64,000 bases of DNA from Candidatus Marinacidobacterales bacterium (lineage in GTDB: Bacteria > Acidobacteriota > Vicinamibacteria > Marinacidobacterales > SMYC01): assembly GCA_965237955.1 (NCBI GenBank), contig OZ250169.1, positions 3,808,001-3,872,000 on the forward strand. Reading direction: 5' to 3'. This document shows, piece after piece, positions 61,121-64,000 of this stretch. The notes below the pieces were generated by a model. That model saw only the letters and a program-made list of their open reading frames with translations. It ran no database searches and was not told the origin of the DNA. Position 1 is the first letter of the stretch. Every line of letters begins with the position of its first letter. The translations under genes and the position numbers were made by a program.

Positions 61121-61586
61121 CGGAAAAAGCCTACCGAGACGCCCTTTTCGCGTGCCTCCGGCGCATACCCTCGGCGACCGTAGAAGCCACCGACGACGAA
61201 GGACCCGGGCAGCGTGCAGATCTGCGAGTCCAAGTCGGTTTGCCGGGCGGAGCCACCAGAGCTCTCATCTGCGAATTCAAAGACAGTGGTCAACCGCGCT
61301 GGGCCCGCCAAGCCATCAACCAGCTGTGGGCGTATCGGGACGATCCGAACACGTACTGCGTGTTCATGGCGCCTTACATCTCGCCGAAAACTGCGGAGCT
61401 CTGTGCTCGCGAGGGTGTTGGTTTCATCGACCTCGCCGGCAACTGCCGTTTGAGTTTCGATGGTATTTACATCGAACAGGAGGGTCGGCCCAACCCCGAT
61501 CCTCAGCGGCGAGAGCTCCGGTCGCTCCTCGCGCCCAAAGCGACCCGAGTGCTTCGGGTGTTGTTATCCAGACCGTCCAAAAAGTG

Positions 61587-61620
61587 GGTAGTGGTCTAGT
61601 TTGAATACTAGACCACTACC
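61587..61620. mobile_element. 34-bp hairpin insertion (minimal MITE or IS footprint) with 8-bp TSD
   Basis: GGTAGTGGTCTAGT-TTGAAT-ACTAGACCACTACC flanked by AAAAAGTG twice. Confidence 0.8.
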
Positions 61621-62039
61621 AAAAAGTGGAAGACCCAACCGCTCGCGGACGAAGCGGACGTGAGCTTAGGTCAAGTGTCGAATCTTAAGAAACTACTCCT
61701 CGATCGCGAGTGGATCGAAACGTCGCGGGAAGGCTTGTCTTTGAAGGAGCCTGAAGCGCTACTTCTCGAGTGGGCCGAGAACTATGACCCCAGCAGAAAC
61801 CGCCCACGAGCTTACTACTCACTAAAGAGTTCTGCCGAGATTGAATCTGACATCGCAGACCAGTGCGACAGGGCTGGCCTCCGATACGCGTTGACAGCGT
61901 TTTCCGGCGCGGCGAGACTCGCCCCGGCTGTCCGCTACCAACGGGCGTCGGCTTTCGTCGAGTCCGCCGACAAAATTGCCTCTTCTCTCGATCTCAAAGA
62001 GGTCGAGAGTGGGGCGAATGTGTCCTTGTTGACACCTAA

Positions 62040-62906
62040 GGGCCGCCGACAAAATAACTGTCTAGTTTTGAGCACACTCTTCCTGTTTCAGGTCGTGATC
62101 GCGATGTCGTCTGGCATCACGAGAGCCTGGCAAGCTCCCTAGAAACGGAACATTTGTAAGAAAAGAACGATCGCAGCCTTCAATTCCACGGGGAGCACGC
62201 GGACTCCCCCGACCCAGCCCAACGTGGAAGGTGACGCCTCATGTACCTGGCGGGCCGAGAGCTGTTGCTTGCGCGTGCTCACATCGGTGGCCAGATACAG
62301 ATATCGGCCGAACACCTGCTCGCGCGCCAATCTTTTCTCTCGGACCAGTTTCAACAGAGGAGCCTTGACGTCAACCTGCACCTCGTCCTCGAGCTCGTCG
62401 ACGTAGTAGCCTGCCTCACAGGCCGCGACCAACGCTTTTACCGTCGCAAGCAACGTCCCGTACTTCGAGAACCACACTGAGCGCAACGACCAAAGACCTT
62501 TTCGATCGAACTGGGCGATCTCGTCCAACGTGTAGTAGCTACCACGGTGGGAGTAGCTTGTCCGATACGCCAACTCATTGAGCTTTCGGAAGACGGTCGA
62601 GTCCACATCGGTACCCAACACTGCCTTCAAATCATCGAGGGTAGCTATTTTGTGCTTCCTCAACAGGCGGTCGAGATCTTCAGACTGATAGCTCGTAGGT
62701 CTCATAATAGGAGAAGTGCTCCTTTGTAGGCGTAATCCTCCCTAAAATGAGGACCGTTTGTCAAACACGCGCTGGTTGCTGAAGATCTACAAATGTTCCG
62801 TTTCTAGGGAGCTTGCCAGGCTCTCGTGATGCCAGACGACATCGCGATCACGACCTGAAACAGGAAGAGTGTGCTCAAAACTAGACAGTTATTTTGTCGG
62901 CGGCCC
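62040..62906 (-). mobile_element. Internally deleted ISAzo13 derivative with two inverted left ends
   Basis: 119-bp left end present at 62040-62158 (+) and 62788-62906 (-); truncated ORF1 at 62139-62705; TAA on both flanks. Confidence 0.85.
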
Positions 62907-63083
62907 TAAGGTGTGTTCGCGTGTCTTCGGAAAGGGAAGATCGTTGCCATTGTCGGCGACCGCTCGCCTCGAACGGGAGTGGATCTCCTAAACCTGTTGG
63001 CGAGGTTGACTTCTCCGCCTCAGCGCTCACAAGAAGGAGTGTGAAGGCGTGACCCAGGCTGCTTGGCCAGGCGCCCGGCGAAC

Positions 63084-63923
63084 TCACGTTCCCTCGACGC
63101 CAATTGCGAACTGCTGCAATAATACTTCCGCTTCGGAATCGGCGTCGTCGGTGCCGCCCCATTCTCTGGCCATATGGGTGGTGAGTCGTTCGCGGGCTTT
63201 GCTGTCTTCTAGAAGCTTGGTGAGGTGGACGCGGGTATGCTCCGTCATGATGCGTGCGACGTCGAGTCCAAGGAGGCGCGCAGCGGCCAAGTCCTCTCTA
63301 TAGTCAACGGCCTCCATAACGCTGATGGCGTCACCGTAGAGGCGGTCTCGATTGCCGGCGTCGGCGTAGCTTCGGATCAAAATCGCGAAGTCTGTTGCGT
63401 CCTTGGAGTTTTCATGGCCCCGGTCGGCCCAAGCGAAGAGCTTGAGGAGAGCGAGCCCTGGAAGGGAAGCAACACCAACCACCAGCCCTGGCTCGATCTG
63501 AACGGTGTCCGCAGCGGCGAGCACGTCGTCGTAGCCTGCTACGTTGATGACGCTCGCCGACTCGGGTGGCCAAGCGATGGTCTTATCCGGAGCTTCGACG
63601 CCCCCGAACGGGATGATGTCCACGGGGTATCCGCTTCCGTGGAGTCGATGCGTCATCGCTTTGTCACGGACGAACTGAAAGTCTTCGAGTAGGCGGGCTT
63701 TGATCGCCTCGAACTGGTCCCAATCTTTCACTGCGACCGCGAAGTCCACGTCCCGGGTGGCGCGGTGCACGGTGAGATCGAAGACGTGGGTAAGCAGGAT
63801 ATCTCTAGCCATGGCACCAGCGACGAAGTAGGTCAAGCCGAGCTCTTTCGTTACTTTGTCCACAGCGCGAATCACCGCGAGCGCCGCAGGTTGGATCGGT
63901 CGGTCAGAGCGCACGGAGAGCAT
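63084..63923 (-). CDS. AbiEii-like nucleotidyltransferase toxin
   Basis: YFVAGAMARDI, RATRDVDFAV, VDIIPFGGVE, LLKLFAWADR and KDATD. Confidence 0.85.
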   Translation of the reverse strand: MLSVRSDRPIQPAALAVIRAVDKVTKELGLTYFVAGAMARDILLTHVFDLTVHRATRDVDFAVAVKDWDQFEAIKARLLEDFQFVRDKAMTHRLHGSGYPVDIIPFGGVEAPDKTIAWPPESASVINVAGYDDVLAAADTVQIEPGLVVGVASLPGLALLKLFAWADRGHENSKDATDFAILIRSYADAGNRDRLYGDAISVMEAVDYREDLAAARLLGLDVARIMTEHTRVHLTKLLEDSKARERLTTHMAREWGGTDDADSEAEVLLQQFAIGVEGT

Positions 63924-64000
63924 CGTCAATGTACTTTTCCCGGACCAGCTTGGCCGTTTCCAGGTTCCGCGGCTCGAGAGTTGCGACGAGGTCGGCGTAG
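63904..64000 (-). CDS. AbiEi-like antitoxin C-terminus (partial, continues beyond the window)
   Basis: YADLVATLEPRNLETAKLVREKYIDDALRAL* overlaps the toxin start. Confidence 0.7.
   Translation of the reverse strand, partial: YADLVATLEPRNLETAKLVREKYIDDALRAL

Larger units (their letters stand above)
61114..62960 (+). pseudogene. Type IV TA AbiEi-like antitoxin, disrupted by a 34-bp insertion and an ISAzo13 derivative
   Basis: FMAPYISP, GFIDLAGNC, KATRVLRVLL, LADEADVSLGQVS (HTH), YALTAFSGAARLAP and GANVSLLTP|GVF. Confidence 0.75.

Overview
GC-rich bacterial chromosome segment. Gene content (S9 peptidase, VPS10/BNR hydrolase, TPR kinases, PEP-CTERM protein) suggests an Acidobacteria-like host, but that is inference only. 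The left half (1-31 kb) holds four blocks: a decayed PQQ dehydrogenase; a TackOD1-GGDEF / TolC-glycoside-hydrolase fusion / HlyD / PEP-CTERM cluster; an intact ARG-box-controlled arginine operon (DUF1611/DgcN-like ORF-argC-argD-argF'-argB); and VWA, GGT, peptidase, CAAX-protease and glycoside hydrolase genes. The right half (31-64 kb) is a defence, toxin-antitoxin and IS-rich island. It contains ISAzo13, an Nmad2-Nmad3 pair, DUF429, an HNH nuclease, a GIY-YIG pseudogene, a type I R-M system with an embedded SIR2-like gene, a nest of ISL3/IS1595-like/IS630/IS21 elements, IS630-derived MITEs, several TA pairs, ISNCY, Fic and AbiE genes. Many accessory genes are broken, while the arg operon, the long hydrolases and most transposases are intact. 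The best candidate for an undescribed system is the DUF1611/DgcN-like first gene of an AOTCase-type arg operon that has no argA or argJ; it may be a new class of N-acetylglutamate synthase. All family calls come from motif recognition by eye; no database searches were run.
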